A stretch of 64,000 nucleotides of DNA, from positions 34,756 to 98,755 of the IMG/VR virus record IMGVR_UViG_3300031998_000039; one strand, written 5' to 3'. The translations under genes and the position numbers were made by a program. Within the stretch, counting starts at the first letter, position 1; each line of letters begins with the position of its first letter. The notes beneath the pieces were generated by a model. That model saw nothing but the letters and a program-made list of their open reading frames with translations, ran no database searches and was not told where the DNA came from. This stretch comes from a virus. Its lineage: Duplodnaviria; Caudoviricetes. Positions 38,001 through 47,816 of the stretch are shown piece after piece.

Positions 38001-39848
38001 GCCAATTCATCAACTAAATTATTAACTGCCTGTCTGCTTACCACATCTTCACAAGGCTGTTGCTCTAACCAATCCGATATAACCTTTACAGCTTCTCTCC
38101 ATTTATTGCCATCAAAAATCGTTCCGCCATCTACTTCGATAAAACCTCGATTGATAAATATCTTTTTTGCTTCTTCAAATGTCATTTTATCCATAAATAC
38201 CCCATATCCCCCTTTCCTGCTCTTGATTTATCCGATACAGCTCGTTTCCTTGCGCTCCTGACCAATCATCATCTTGTTTTATACCAATTTCCCCCTGTGC
38301 TGTACCCACACCTTTTCTTAATTCAAGTTCTAAAAAGTAATTAAGATAACTTTCAAATGTATCTGCCGTTTCATCATTAGAGAATGATGCAACCTTTGTA
38401 ATGCAATAATCATTCCCAACATACAGACTTTTTCGTTTGCTATTTGGTAAATTCCCAACACCGATTACTTTATCACCTTTTTTATAAAGCATCTGTATCA
38501 CCCCTCAATCAACTATAATCCCTAAATCTTTAGCTAACATAGGCGTTCCATCTGTCTTTAGCATAATGGTGATACCTGATTGATGACCGTTATCATATTT
38601 TAGATATACAACATGAGTATTTTTATCAACAACATAATAATAGTTGCCACCATCTTGACTTAATGATATTAAATCAGGTTTAATTTTTTGATCACTTGTT
38701 GTTGAATCTGCGCTATTATTTACACATCCTGTCAATAATAACGCACATATTAATATCAATATCATTTTCTTCATTGGTCTGTATCACCCCTCAATTCTGA
38801 TAAATGCTTGCTGATTATCTCTAAAGCTTTATCAAGTCCCATTGCTTCGCCCCAATGTAGCTTATTAACTGCAAGATTGCTTTCTTTTTCTATTTCTGCC
38901 CTTATCTTATTCAATATTTCTTTCAACCTTTTAATCTCTTTTAAGGCATCAAGATAACTCATAGATTCGTTTGTCATTTGCTCACCATCCTTACTTTACA
39001 GTTAGGGCAATAATTAAATTCTCCCACATATCCAATATAATGTTCTCCACATTCCGAGCATCTATATGCATGTTCGGAATGTCCTTCTGCATAAAATCCA
39101 TCATCAATCCACTTGCCTATCTTTTTCTGTGGTGTGACGGGTGGCTGTTGCTCTAATATTTCGGATATTGCTTCAAGATTTTCTATAATCTCTCCAAAAT
39201 TACCAGCTAAAAATTGAGTTATACAATCCTGTTCACAACGTTTACCACTTAATTCACACTTTAAACAAGTAATATAATGCTTTAATTTAATATTTCTTTC
39301 TTGTATTGTCATTCACTCGCCCCTTACTTCCATTAAATGCCTGTCGATTATATTCAGTACATCTGATTTCCTAATTAAAGCATACAGTTGGCTATCTGCA
39401 TCTGTAGCTGAAATATCTACAATCTCTTTCTTCAAATCTACTAATGCTTCAAGGGATTTAATCGCTATTATCAACGCTTCATTTTCTTCCTGTTCTGTAT
39501 AATTTCCATGTGAATATAAAACAGTATAGTTATCTTCTAATATATCTAATGCATCTTCTATCGTCATCCGAATCACCCCTTTATATTTCACTATTTTTTA
39601 TAGTTTCAGTCATCCACTGAAAGTAAGCGTTTCAGTAAATCATCTAATAAATCCTCAGTGGACATAAAGGGCTTTTCGATGTATTTAATTATTAAACGCT
39701 TGTACTCTTCAGCCGCTTCTGCGTCCTTATGCTTTAATGCCATCCATATATCGCGTATGATACATGTTGTTTCTGTAGTAATCTGTACAAGATCTCCATT
39801 AATCTCAAGTTCTTTTGTTTCTCCCTTGTCAACTGCAATTTTAATCAT
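35049..39848 (-). CDS. Array of about 20 small mosaic ORFs (DUF551-like 36064-36342, PKGHGRL paralogs 36335-36643 and 36624-36932, lipoprotein 38505-38774, zinc ribbons)
   Basis: EWIP..VIAWMPLPEPY; LLTGC lipobox; shared peptide modules; coupled start/stop codons. Confidence 0.65.
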
Positions 39849-40833
39849 TTAAATATACCGTCCTTTCTTTTAACCTTAAAAAATTATCTAATCCATAATC
39901 TGTCGGAGAACTCTTAAATGGTTCGTCCGTCATATTAATATACCCAACTCGATTTCGCCAAAATAGATTTCGGTTCTCAACTTGTTTGCATGACTTAATC
40001 AAACAAGCTTCATCAATCCCTTCATCAAAGGCAATAATTACATCAACACCAAGCGATTTAATAAATCGTGCTTGAGTTTCGCTAATGTCATGCCCACCAA
40101 TTGCGAGCATTTGGTTGATCCCCCAAGATGCTGCCTGACATACTGATTTTTCCGCTTCAACAATGTATACGCACTGTTTTTTCACTATTTCTTCACTATT
40201 TTCGTTCCACCCATATAACACCAATGATTTTGGATACGGAAGGTACATCGACCAGCGTTCATCCATCGGACAATCACCATTATATCTCCCCTTTGCTCCA
40301 ACTAATTCATTATTATATCCACGCACTGGAATAATAATCCGATTACTTTCAAAGTCTAACCTGATGCCGAACCTCTCCTGCGTCTGATAGTCAACACCAT
40401 CACGATACCACAGTTGAGGTAAGGCATCTGGCGGAGGTAAAGAACTATCCGAATAGGTCTGTAATGTGTCTTCATAATGTTTATTAGCTGAGAGTGAATG
40501 ATAAAATCCGCCAAACGGATAATGTATTGGCTTTTCTTTATACTTCACAATCTTTGCTAACCACTCAAGAGCTTCAGGAAATGAGCAGTTACGCTCATCC
40601 ATTACTAAATTAATAATTGTTCCCTTGCGTCCTCTTGTGAAATTCTGATATAACAAACCTTCTTTTAATACCGATATTGCTGTTCGATTGTCGCCATCAA
40701 GATTAGAACATTGAAAATATTTACCACGATCTCTTACATCATCATGCCCTAAAGACTCAAGAATGGTAACAATGTTTGTTTCAGCGTTATCTTCTATAGC
40801 ATCCAATAACTTTTCGGCATCCATTATTACCAT
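39841..40833 (-). CDS. DNA primase (Toprim)
   Basis: RIIIPVR...GAKGR, IVEAEKS, IAFDEG. Confidence 0.85.
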   Translation of the reverse strand: MVIMDAEKLLDAIEDNAETNIVTILESLGHDDVRDRGKYFQCSNLDGDNRTAISVLKEGLLYQNFTRGRKGTIINLVMDERNCSFPEALEWLAKIVKYKEKPIHYPFGGFYHSLSANKHYEDTLQTYSDSSLPPPDALPQLWYRDGVDYQTQERFGIRLDFESNRIIIPVRGYNNELVGAKGRYNGDCPMDERWSMYLPYPKSLVLYGWNENSEEIVKKQCVYIVEAEKSVCQAASWGINQMLAIGGHDISETQARFIKSLGVDVIIAFDEGIDEACLIKSCKQVENRNLFWRNRVGYINMTDEPFKSSPTDYGLDNFLRLKERTVYLND

Positions 40834-40842
40834 TCCTTTCTG

Positions 40843-42288
40843 TTATATTCCTCTGTGATCGTTTACAATCGTGCAAAAACCTAATTCAATCCATCTATTC
40901 CACACACTATCCCATTGATATAAAATACATTTTGCATTATCATCATTACGTGTTTTATCAATAAATGCTACAACATATAATTTTGCTTTATCAAGTGTTA
41001 AATAAGTTGTAACTTTATCTTTAATTTTGTATGGTTTACAATCATATTTTTCGCCAGTATATTCATCTTGCCATAACTTTCGTAGCATGATATGTTCACT
41101 GACTACTTCCTTAATCTGTTTTGAATTACTTAAACATCCTGCGTCAAGATATCTTTGGTTGGTTGTATAAAGGGCAAGCTGGAACGTACAGATTAAGCTG
41201 AAGTTTTCTTTTGCAACCAAGTTAAACACTCGCCTACTGCCCATTAACAACTCTTGCCACATTTTATCGGTCATACTGTCATCTGCTTTATACGTATCCC
41301 AACAGAACACCTTGACTCCGTATTTTCTATTCAGACGTTTCATTTCTCGAAGCACAATGCTTGAATTATTATCAAACAGTTTAACAAAAAACATCTTTTC
41401 TCCATATTTTTCATTAGCTATCTTTTGTGCTTCTTTAATTTTTCCCATTTCTTTATCTGTCCAATGTCCTTGCTTTAATTTTTTACGGATTACATCAAAG
41501 CAGTTCATTTCTTCTGTAAGAACATGAGCAATCAGCAAGTGTTTGTAAGCGGTAACCTGCATTTCGTTTGATATTACCGCAGCCATTCCGCCATTTTGCA
41601 CAACCGCAAGCAAGATGCGGAATACAAATGATGTTTTACCAGCCCCGGAATGTCCAGTAACCAATGTAATATCACCCTTTGGAAGTCCAAGCGTTGTATA
41701 GTTTAGCAGAGGAAATGCCTTTGCATAACTAACGCCAACCGCTTCGCCACGATTGTAACTGTCAAGATCAGCGTCTGTTATAATCAGATTACTGCTTTCG
41801 ACTTCACGATTATTTACTAATGAAGATGATGTATTGATATTATCAAACAACAGATACATATCTTCAGATGATAACTTCTTTAATGCTGACACATTTTCAA
41901 ACGTCTTGTCATATTTTTCACATACATTAACAAGATAATTTGCTTTGTTAATCTGGTCAAAATAAGATGTAACATTTTCTTCAGACGTTAAATTAGTAAG
42001 CTGTTCAATTTCTTTCCAGCCACCATAATCGTCATATCTTTTTTTAATCTCTGGTCTTGTAGACAGATAATTATCTACGGATAGATTATCAAATGAGTTC
42101 AATCCTTGCTCTCGCAACGCTTTACCTAACAAATAATAAAACTTTGCATCAGTTGTAATTAATGTATGCTCATTGATATCCTTGTAATCGTCATATAAAG
42201 ACGGGTTTTTCCATAAGCAGAAAACAAAACTTGCTTCAAGCCTGTCCCTGTCTTTATTGATTTCTTGAATAGTTTTTTCGACATCCAT
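40843..42288 (-). CDS. dnaB: Replicative DnaB-like helicase
   Basis: Walker A GHSGAGKTS, SNEM, WDTYK, TFQL, DKTRN. Confidence 0.88.
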   Translation of the reverse strand: MDVEKTIQEINKDRDRLEASFVFCLWKNPSLYDDYKDINEHTLITTDAKFYYLLGKALREQGLNSFDNLSVDNYLSTRPEIKKRYDDYGGWKEIEQLTNLTSEENVTSYFDQINKANYLVNVCEKYDKTFENVSALKKLSSEDMYLLFDNINTSSSLVNNREVESSNLIITDADLDSYNRGEAVGVSYAKAFPLLNYTTLGLPKGDITLVTGHSGAGKTSFVFRILLAVVQNGGMAAVISNEMQVTAYKHLLIAHVLTEEMNCFDVIRKKLKQGHWTDKEMGKIKEAQKIANEKYGEKMFFVKLFDNNSSIVLREMKRLNRKYGVKVFCWDTYKADDSMTDKMWQELLMGSRRVFNLVAKENFSLICTFQLALYTTNQRYLDAGCLSNSKQIKEVVSEHIMLRKLWQDEYTGEKYDCKPYKIKDKVTTYLTLDKAKLYVVAFIDKTRNDDNAKCILYQWDSVWNRWIELGFCTIVNDHRGI

Positions 42289-42322
42289 TAGAAATTAGCG
42301 CAAAAGATTTTGATTTTTTAAA

Positions 42323-43564
42323 TCAAATAAGGCGCGTAAGCCTCCTTTCTGTTATATAATCTGTTTGATGCCCAATATATGATATTTTAGATGGAACTAT
42401 TTCAAGTGTATTGCCATCCAAAGTTTTTAGAACAAAACTACCTTTTAATCGACGTCCATGAACATACCATTCCTTATTTTGTGCCTTAACTTTATCATAA
42501 AGTCTAAACCCTTTAACTTTATAAGGACACTGATTACGTTTGCGATATGCACCTTTACCAATGGTAAACTTATGTATTTGGCGGTTGTGGCAACGTACTT
42601 TTTTTTGATAATATACTATATTATCAGATTTTGCAAAAGGATGACCACTTATACACCTTGCATCTATATGATGAGCTTTAGGAAGTTTACTCGTTATACG
42701 AATAAATTTAGTAATGTATCCATAAGTTAAATTTACATTTGGATATTGTAATTTAATTTTATTGTAAAATGCCCATCTCATTATTCCCATAAATGTGGCA
42801 TCTGCAAATCTCATTCCTCGCTTTATTTCTTTAGGAAGTTTTGTCTCCCCACTATGATAACCATTATGACAAGTTTTGCATAACGTAATTAAGTTATTTG
42901 GTGCATTTCCGCCTATTTGTCTTGATTCAATATGATGTACATTAAGAATTTTATCTTTCGACTTTCCTTTGCAACATTGACAAGTATAATTATCACGAGA
43001 CAACACATATTCTCTTATATTCCAAAAACCAAATTGTTCACCTTGCTGATACTCAACTCCTTGTATATCAGAGTTCTTGATCTTTTGGATATCAAAAGCA
43101 GCTACTTCTGCTATGATTTTAGCTATTGGGAGTATCTCGTTTACCTTACGTATGGCTGTTAGATGTGTATCTATCTTCTGTTGTACAGAAGGAGCCAGCC
43201 ATCCATCTTTGCGGTGACGGTTATCGAACCGTGGCTTACGGTGTCTTGTTTTACGGTTACGCCTTGCAGACCTCATCTCCCTGCGGGCTGAAAGCAGTTT
43301 TGTAATGTCACTGCGGAGTTCAACCTCAGACTCATATAAAACCTTAGATTCTGTAGTAGCAGATATGCCGATGTGTTTTGAACCTGCATCTACTCCAAGT
43401 GATACACACTGGACTTCACGAGTTGATGTTGTATATGATAATTGTATGACAAATGGACAACGTTTTACTACTTTGGCTTTGCCGAATTTAAGCATTTGGC
43501 GGACCTTCCCGTACCGCTCTGTCGGCATGAGTGGTTGTCCGTTTATATCTAACACATATACCAT
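42323..43564 (-). CDS. iscB: RNA-guided endonuclease IscB
   Basis: PLMP N-terminus, RuvC-I LGVDAG, Arg-rich bridge helix, HNH (CQCC..VHHI..NLITLCKTCH), RuvC-III HHIDA. Confidence 0.95.
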   Translation of the reverse strand: MVYVLDINGQPLMPTERYGKVRQMLKFGKAKVVKRCPFVIQLSYTTSTREVQCVSLGVDAGSKHIGISATTESKVLYESEVELRSDITKLLSARREMRSARRNRKTRHRKPRFDNRHRKDGWLAPSVQQKIDTHLTAIRKVNEILPIAKIIAEVAAFDIQKIKNSDIQGVEYQQGEQFGFWNIREYVLSRDNYTCQCCKGKSKDKILNVHHIESRQIGGNAPNNLITLCKTCHNGYHSGETKLPKEIKRGMRFADATFMGIMRWAFYNKIKLQYPNVNLTYGYITKFIRITSKLPKAHHIDARCISGHPFAKSDNIVYYQKKVRCHNRQIHKFTIGKGAYRKRNQCPYKVKGFRLYDKVKAQNKEWYVHGRRLKGSFVLKTLDGNTLEIVPSKISYIGHQTDYITERRLTRLI

Positions 43565-43574
43565 TAGGCGGCAC

Positions 43575-43865
43575 CTCCTTCTGTAAAGGTTGATAAGCTT
43601 TATGCTGTAAGCCGGCGCTTATCTGACCGTTATGCAGCCTTCGCCAATGTTATTCAGAGGTTTATTTAACGATAGCACTGTTTCTACCCATCAAAACTGT
43701 TTAACTACCGTCCGCAGTGCATAGAGTTAGGCTGTACGCCCTATGATGCCTATTTATGGACAAATATAATCCACATTCTCTGTTAACGTAGCCTTTTAAA
43801 AAGGCTTAGGCTAGTCAATAAAGACTTTTACAAATCTCCGCTTCTATAAGTGGTGGGTTATTGAC
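43575..43865 (-). ncRNA. omegaRNA (HEARO-like) scaffold
   Basis: GTCAATAA/TTATTGAC closing stem, GACTAGCCTAAG, CTACGTT and AACATTGGCGAAG motifs directly upstream of iscB. Confidence 0.85.
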
Positions 43866-44530
43866 TAAAATAAATCCCCCATAATATCTTGCATAACATC
43901 ATTAAGATTATTTCTGCCATCAGCAGTTTGCTCTGAAGAAAAGTTATTAATGTCATCTTCTTGAATTGTACTGGTATTTCTCTGCGCTTCTTGAATTGCC
44001 TTTTGTTTCCTTGCAAACTGCTTCAATCCATCATTCAAATGATCGCGAATGATAGCGCATATATATTTGATCTTGCCGACTTCTGATGAAAAATCTTTTC
44101 TTAATGCATATTCAACCATATCATCGCAGAAACGCATTGTTTCAAGTATTACTTCGTAAGAATAATTATTGGTTGTATGCCATTGTCCCAACAAACCATA
44201 GAAAAACTTTGGCATTTTTGCATTAGTAGGATATTCCAACCAGTCAAACATATGTTGAACACACTCTTTATATGCAAGACTTTCAGCTTCATTCAGCTTC
44301 TTTTTAACTGTCCGCTTTGTTTTTTCTGCCATGCGTTTCAACTCCTTTTGTTTACGATAATACTTTGCATTGGCTTGTTTCCGTTTCAGCTTGTGGTAGG
44401 ATTCTTTAGATGAGTAATATTTACGATTCGGTGCAAGCCATGCAGTATCTTTGTCAACATATTCCTTGATATCTATAGCATATACCTGCTGCACCCACCT
44501 CACCCTTTCAAAACAAGTTGATATAAACAT
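43865..44530 (-). CDS. Hypothetical replication protein (helicase-loader position)
   Basis: Originally coupled to the helicase gene; KIKYICAII motif. Confidence 0.55.
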   Translation of the reverse strand: MFISTCFERVRWVQQVYAIDIKEYVDKDTAWLAPNRKYYSSKESYHKLKRKQANAKYYRKQKELKRMAEKTKRTVKKKLNEAESLAYKECVQHMFDWLEYPTNAKMPKFFYGLLGQWHTTNNYSYEVILETMRFCDDMVEYALRKDFSSEVGKIKYICAIIRDHLNDGLKQFARKQKAIQEAQRNTSTIQEDDINNFSSEQTADGRNNLNDVMQDIMGDLF

Positions 44531-44564
44531 TATGAACTAATATACATATCAAATCACTTTGAGC

Positions 44565-44602
44565 AAAAGGGGTACAGCGCCCTACGGATGAACACTGTAC
44601 CC
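44565..44602 (-). terminator. Rho-independent terminator
   Basis: GGGTACAGTGTTC...GGGCGCTGTACCC followed by CTTTT. Confidence 0.7.
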
Positions 44603-44628
44603 AACCAATCCGAGAAAGGATCTAGCAG

Positions 44629-45756
44629 TTATTTGAACACTTCTCTAATCTTAATTAATGTTGCGATAGGCATTTCGGGATCTGACAACTTTGTTCCGTT
44701 AGCCAGTGCCTTAACCTTTGTCTTCTGTTCAGCAGTTGCACCTGTAAACTTCTGCTGAATCTCAGCTAAAATGTCTTCACGAGATTCTTCAGCTTCAGCA
44801 TTCGCTTTGTCTTCTTTAATCTGCTCTGAAGCGGCTTTAGCCTTTTCTTCCTTTGCCTTTTCCTTTACAACCTGAGCTTTTTTGGCATCCTCAAGTTTTA
44901 CACCATCCTTAGATTGTTCCTTAAGGATAGCATCCTCAACAGCTTTAATAAACTCATCCGCATCAAACGGAATCTGATCGATAATGTCAGCAAATCTTGA
45001 CTTGCTATCTACTGAATAAGTATCATCACGGAAGTTGATTACACGACTCTCGCCGGAAACAACATTCTTTGAGATTGTATTTCCATTGATATCTTTCTTA
45101 CCAGTCTCACGCTTAACAATATTTCTGTCAATGTAAGCCATGCCAACGATATCCATCTTCTGCTTAATTGCGTTGAAATATCTCTGAGTTGTGCTTGCAG
45201 TAAGCATTGTGTATGACTCTTCTGTCATTACATCAGTAATATCCGTTCTCTTAATATGAGCAATGATAAATACTGAAACGCCAACCTCTTTTAACTTCCA
45301 AAAGCTGTCAAGCATAAGGTCAATCGCCTTGTCAAGACCTTTGCCGAAACCCCCAAACGCTGAATTGATAGTATCAATCAGTGGTTTCTGCTGAGTTCTT
45401 AACTTCTGGTTCCACATCTTAACCGTCTGCTTTTCAGCCAAATCACAAAGCTGATCGAATGTGTCGATGACAACAACCTTTAAGTCAGGATAATCAGTAA
45501 ACTTATTTTCTGCAATATCATCAATGACTTCCATATACTTTGCCCAAGTATCGCACTTTTCAGACACGATACCTGAGATTGCCTTGTGTCCATCTTCCTT
45601 ACCGATATCCAGTGAAAGATAGCCTTCGTCACCAACTAACTTCTGGCAAATCTGCTTTGCAATAGTTGACTTGCCAATACCAGCTTCACCAAGTAAACAA
45701 ATGTTATAGCTTAATGGATTCAGATCAATCTGAACTTTTTTACCAAACTTTCCCAT
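44629..45756 (-). CDS. AAA_24/Sak4-like ATPase (single-strand annealing)
   Basis: GEAGIGKST, VVIDT, FGKG, IAH, KSRF. Confidence 0.8.
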   Translation of the reverse strand: MGKFGKKVQIDLNPLSYNICLLGEAGIGKSTIAKQICQKLVGDEGYLSLDIGKEDGHKAISGIVSEKCDTWAKYMEVIDDIAENKFTDYPDLKVVVIDTFDQLCDLAEKQTVKMWNQKLRTQQKPLIDTINSAFGGFGKGLDKAIDLMLDSFWKLKEVGVSVFIIAHIKRTDITDVMTEESYTMLTASTTQRYFNAIKQKMDIVGMAYIDRNIVKRETGKKDINGNTISKNVVSGESRVINFRDDTYSVDSKSRFADIIDQIPFDADEFIKAVEDAILKEQSKDGVKLEDAKKAQVVKEKAKEEKAKAASEQIKEDKANAEAEESREDILAEIQQKFTGATAEQKTKVKALANGTKLSDPEMPIATLIKIREVFK

Positions 45757-45774
45757 GTCGTTTATTTCCTTTCA

Positions 45775-46842
45775 TTAACCAAACAGTGCTTCAATGTCAT
45801 CGTTATCCTTTACTTCGTCTGCTTTTACTTCGGTAGCTGCAGGAGTAAAGATTTCCTTTTCAAAATCTTCCGTAGTCATTTCTTCGGTCTTATATCCATC
45901 AGCATAATCGCCACGGGTATCAACATCGATACAATAGAACTTAACAATCCTCTGTCCGAAGATACTTCCATTCGGCTTGAAATCATCAAGAGTCTTAAGT
46001 CCAAACTCAATCATTTCTTTCTGATTATCGGTCAGACAACTCTCATCAAAAGGAACTTCCTCACTTCCGTTAATATATTCACATCTTACAGGAATTGAAG
46101 CAACTTCTTTATCCTTAATTTTTAGCTTGATAGAATCTCCATCAAGATTTATGCCGAACTGCTTAAGGAAAAATGCTGCCTTCTTTGTGTTCTCTTCCTT
46201 TGAAAGATTGATATAGTAAGTTGTAGGAACATACTTATACTTAACGTCCTTATCAATGTACTGATAAGTAAATGCGTTTACGATAATTTCCTTTTCACTC
46301 TTCCAATTATCAAGGTCTATATCTTCCTTGCGATAGAAAGTATCAAAGCGAACAGTTAATTTCTGTTCAATCTCTTCATCTTCAGCAACTTCTCTGATAT
46401 TTTGTACCTGATAACGGAACGATGTTTTTCCGTTATAAACGTTAAGCTGGATTGTTCCTGTTACAACAAACACCTTATTCTTTAACTCATCAAGATGTTC
46501 ATCAATAAACTGTACGAAATCATATGCAGAGATAAACTCATTATAAACTCCGTTCAGCTTAACCGAATATCTCTTATAACGAGCAACGGTGTTTATCACC
46601 TTTTCATCGGTACGATCATCCCAATTGATCGAAATATCGTTTCCGTCTCCGTCTTTGGTTTTAATTTCGCTTTCAACCATACCAAAGCGTTCAACAAATG
46701 CCCGATTGTTTTTGGTAGGAACTACTGAAAAACTTATTGTCTGATAATCAGAACCATTTTTGGTTTTACCCCTTCTGATATAGGGATTCTTAGAGTCAAT
46801 CGCATTGAACTCCAATTTACCTACAAAACGAAATGCGTTCAT
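45775..46842 (-). CDS. Putative ssDNA-binding protein
   Basis: OB-like F.FVG start, acidic tail DDIEALFG, adjacent to Sak4-like gene. Confidence 0.6.
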   Translation of the reverse strand: MNAFRFVGKLEFNAIDSKNPYIRRGKTKNGSDYQTISFSVVPTKNNRAFVERFGMVESEIKTKDGDGNDISINWDDRTDEKVINTVARYKRYSVKLNGVYNEFISAYDFVQFIDEHLDELKNKVFVVTGTIQLNVYNGKTSFRYQVQNIREVAEDEEIEQKLTVRFDTFYRKEDIDLDNWKSEKEIIVNAFTYQYIDKDVKYKYVPTTYYINLSKEENTKKAAFFLKQFGINLDGDSIKLKIKDKEVASIPVRCEYINGSEEVPFDESCLTDNQKEMIEFGLKTLDDFKPNGSIFGQRIVKFYCIDVDTRGDYADGYKTEEMTTEDFEKEIFTPAATEVKADEVKDNDDIEALFG

Positions 46843-46889
46843 AACCTCATCCTTTCTCTTAAAAATAGATTTTATTACCTGTGTAGCAT

Positions 46890-46918
46890 ATAATACTACA
46901 AAAAATTTTGTTTGTCAA
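46890..46918 (-). promoter_or_regulatory. SigmaA promoter of the replication operon
   Basis: TTGACA-17 nt-TATTAT. Confidence 0.7.
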
Positions 46919-46943
46919 CTACTTTTTTATAATTTTTATAGTG

Positions 46944-47180
46944 TCAATCGAACACAAGTGTGTATTCCTTCAGGTATACCACATTACCATCCATTTTAAC
47001 TACATCATCCTGATGAATAGTAAGCTCACTTCCATTTAAACTTCCGATCACTATACAGTCCATATAAATATCATAAGTATCTATATCTATTATTATATTA
47101 TTTAATATATTATTATTACTTCTTATAGATACCTTACCTAATTGTGCTATACGATTAATTACTCTTTCATAATTTGTCAT
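46944..47180 (-). CDS. Hypothetical protein
   Basis: RBS AAGGAG; follows the LexA-box promoter. Confidence 0.6.
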   Translation of the reverse strand: MTNYERVINRIAQLGKVSIRSNNNILNNIIIDIDTYDIYMDCIVIGSLNGSELTIHQDDVVKMDGNVVYLKEYTLVFD

Positions 47181-47217
47181 AACATTATTCTCCTTTAATG
47201 TTTTATTTTATGTTTGC

Positions 47218-47246
47218 ATTATAGCAAACAGATGTTCGGTTGTCAA
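47218..47246 (-). promoter_or_regulatory. Consensus sigmaA promoter with LexA/DinR box in the spacer
   Basis: TTGACA-ACCGAACATCTGTTTGC-TATAAT. Confidence 0.8.
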
Positions 47247-47363
47247 TTGCATTATAAGTATATTACTTACCTACTATGTTACTATGTTTTGTCAACCGCT
47301 AATAGAAAGTGTACAGTATTACCTGTCATTTGTCAAGTGTTATTTGACAAAATTTAAATCCTC

Positions 47364-47392
47364 TTGCAATTTCCCTAAATATGTTATATAAT
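47364..47392 (+). promoter_or_regulatory. Divergent promoter for the XRE gene
   Basis: TTGCAA-17 nt-TATAAT. Confidence 0.6.
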
Positions 47393-47394
47393 AC

Positions 47395-47808
47395 TTGACA
47401 AAGGAGATTTCGCTTATGAAAACAATGGGACAGAGGATTCGTGAAGAACGTATCAAACATCATCTTACTCAAGCCGAACTGGGTAAAATGATAGGTGTTT
47501 CACGACAAGCTATTAGTCAGTGGGAACAAGGCAAAATCAAGTTTATAGATAGATTTAAAGTTAACCAACTGGCAGAATATTTTCATTGTGATCCAAGTTG
47601 GCTTATGGATATGAAGGACGCAGGACGGGTTACCGTTACCTATGAAGCTGAAGGTAAGGAACCTGTTAAAATGCGCGTCTCAAATGAGCATGACCATCCT
47701 ATCATTGGAACAAGCGCACTAAAGGTTAAACTATACAAGGCTGCACTTCAAGTTCCGCCCGAAAACTATGAGATTGCCATTGAATTACTTGAGTCGCTTA
47801 TAAAATAA
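47395..47808 (+). CDS. XRE-family HTH regulator (likely start 47416; SPbeta YopS-like position)
   Basis: LTQAELGKMIGVSRQAISQWEQG. Confidence 0.9.
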   Translation: MTKEISLMKTMGQRIREERIKHHLTQAELGKMIGVSRQAISQWEQGKIKFIDRFKVNQLAEYFHCDPSWLMDMKDAGRVTVTYEAEGKEPVKMRVSNEHDHPIIGTSALKVKLYKAALQVPPENYEIAIELLESLIK

Positions 47809-47816
47809 GACTTCCC

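Larger units (their letters stand above)
42289..43865 (-). mobile_element. Non-autonomous IS200/IS605-family IscB element (no tnpA)
   Basis: Left end GTCAATAACCCACCACTT..., omegaRNA, iscB, right-end hairpin GCGC..TTTGATT/AATCAAA..TTGCGC. Confidence 0.82.

Noticed and set aside
42289-43865. IStron (group I intron plus IS)
   Set aside because: The omegaRNA begins at the first base of the element; there is no room for, or motifs of, a group I core.
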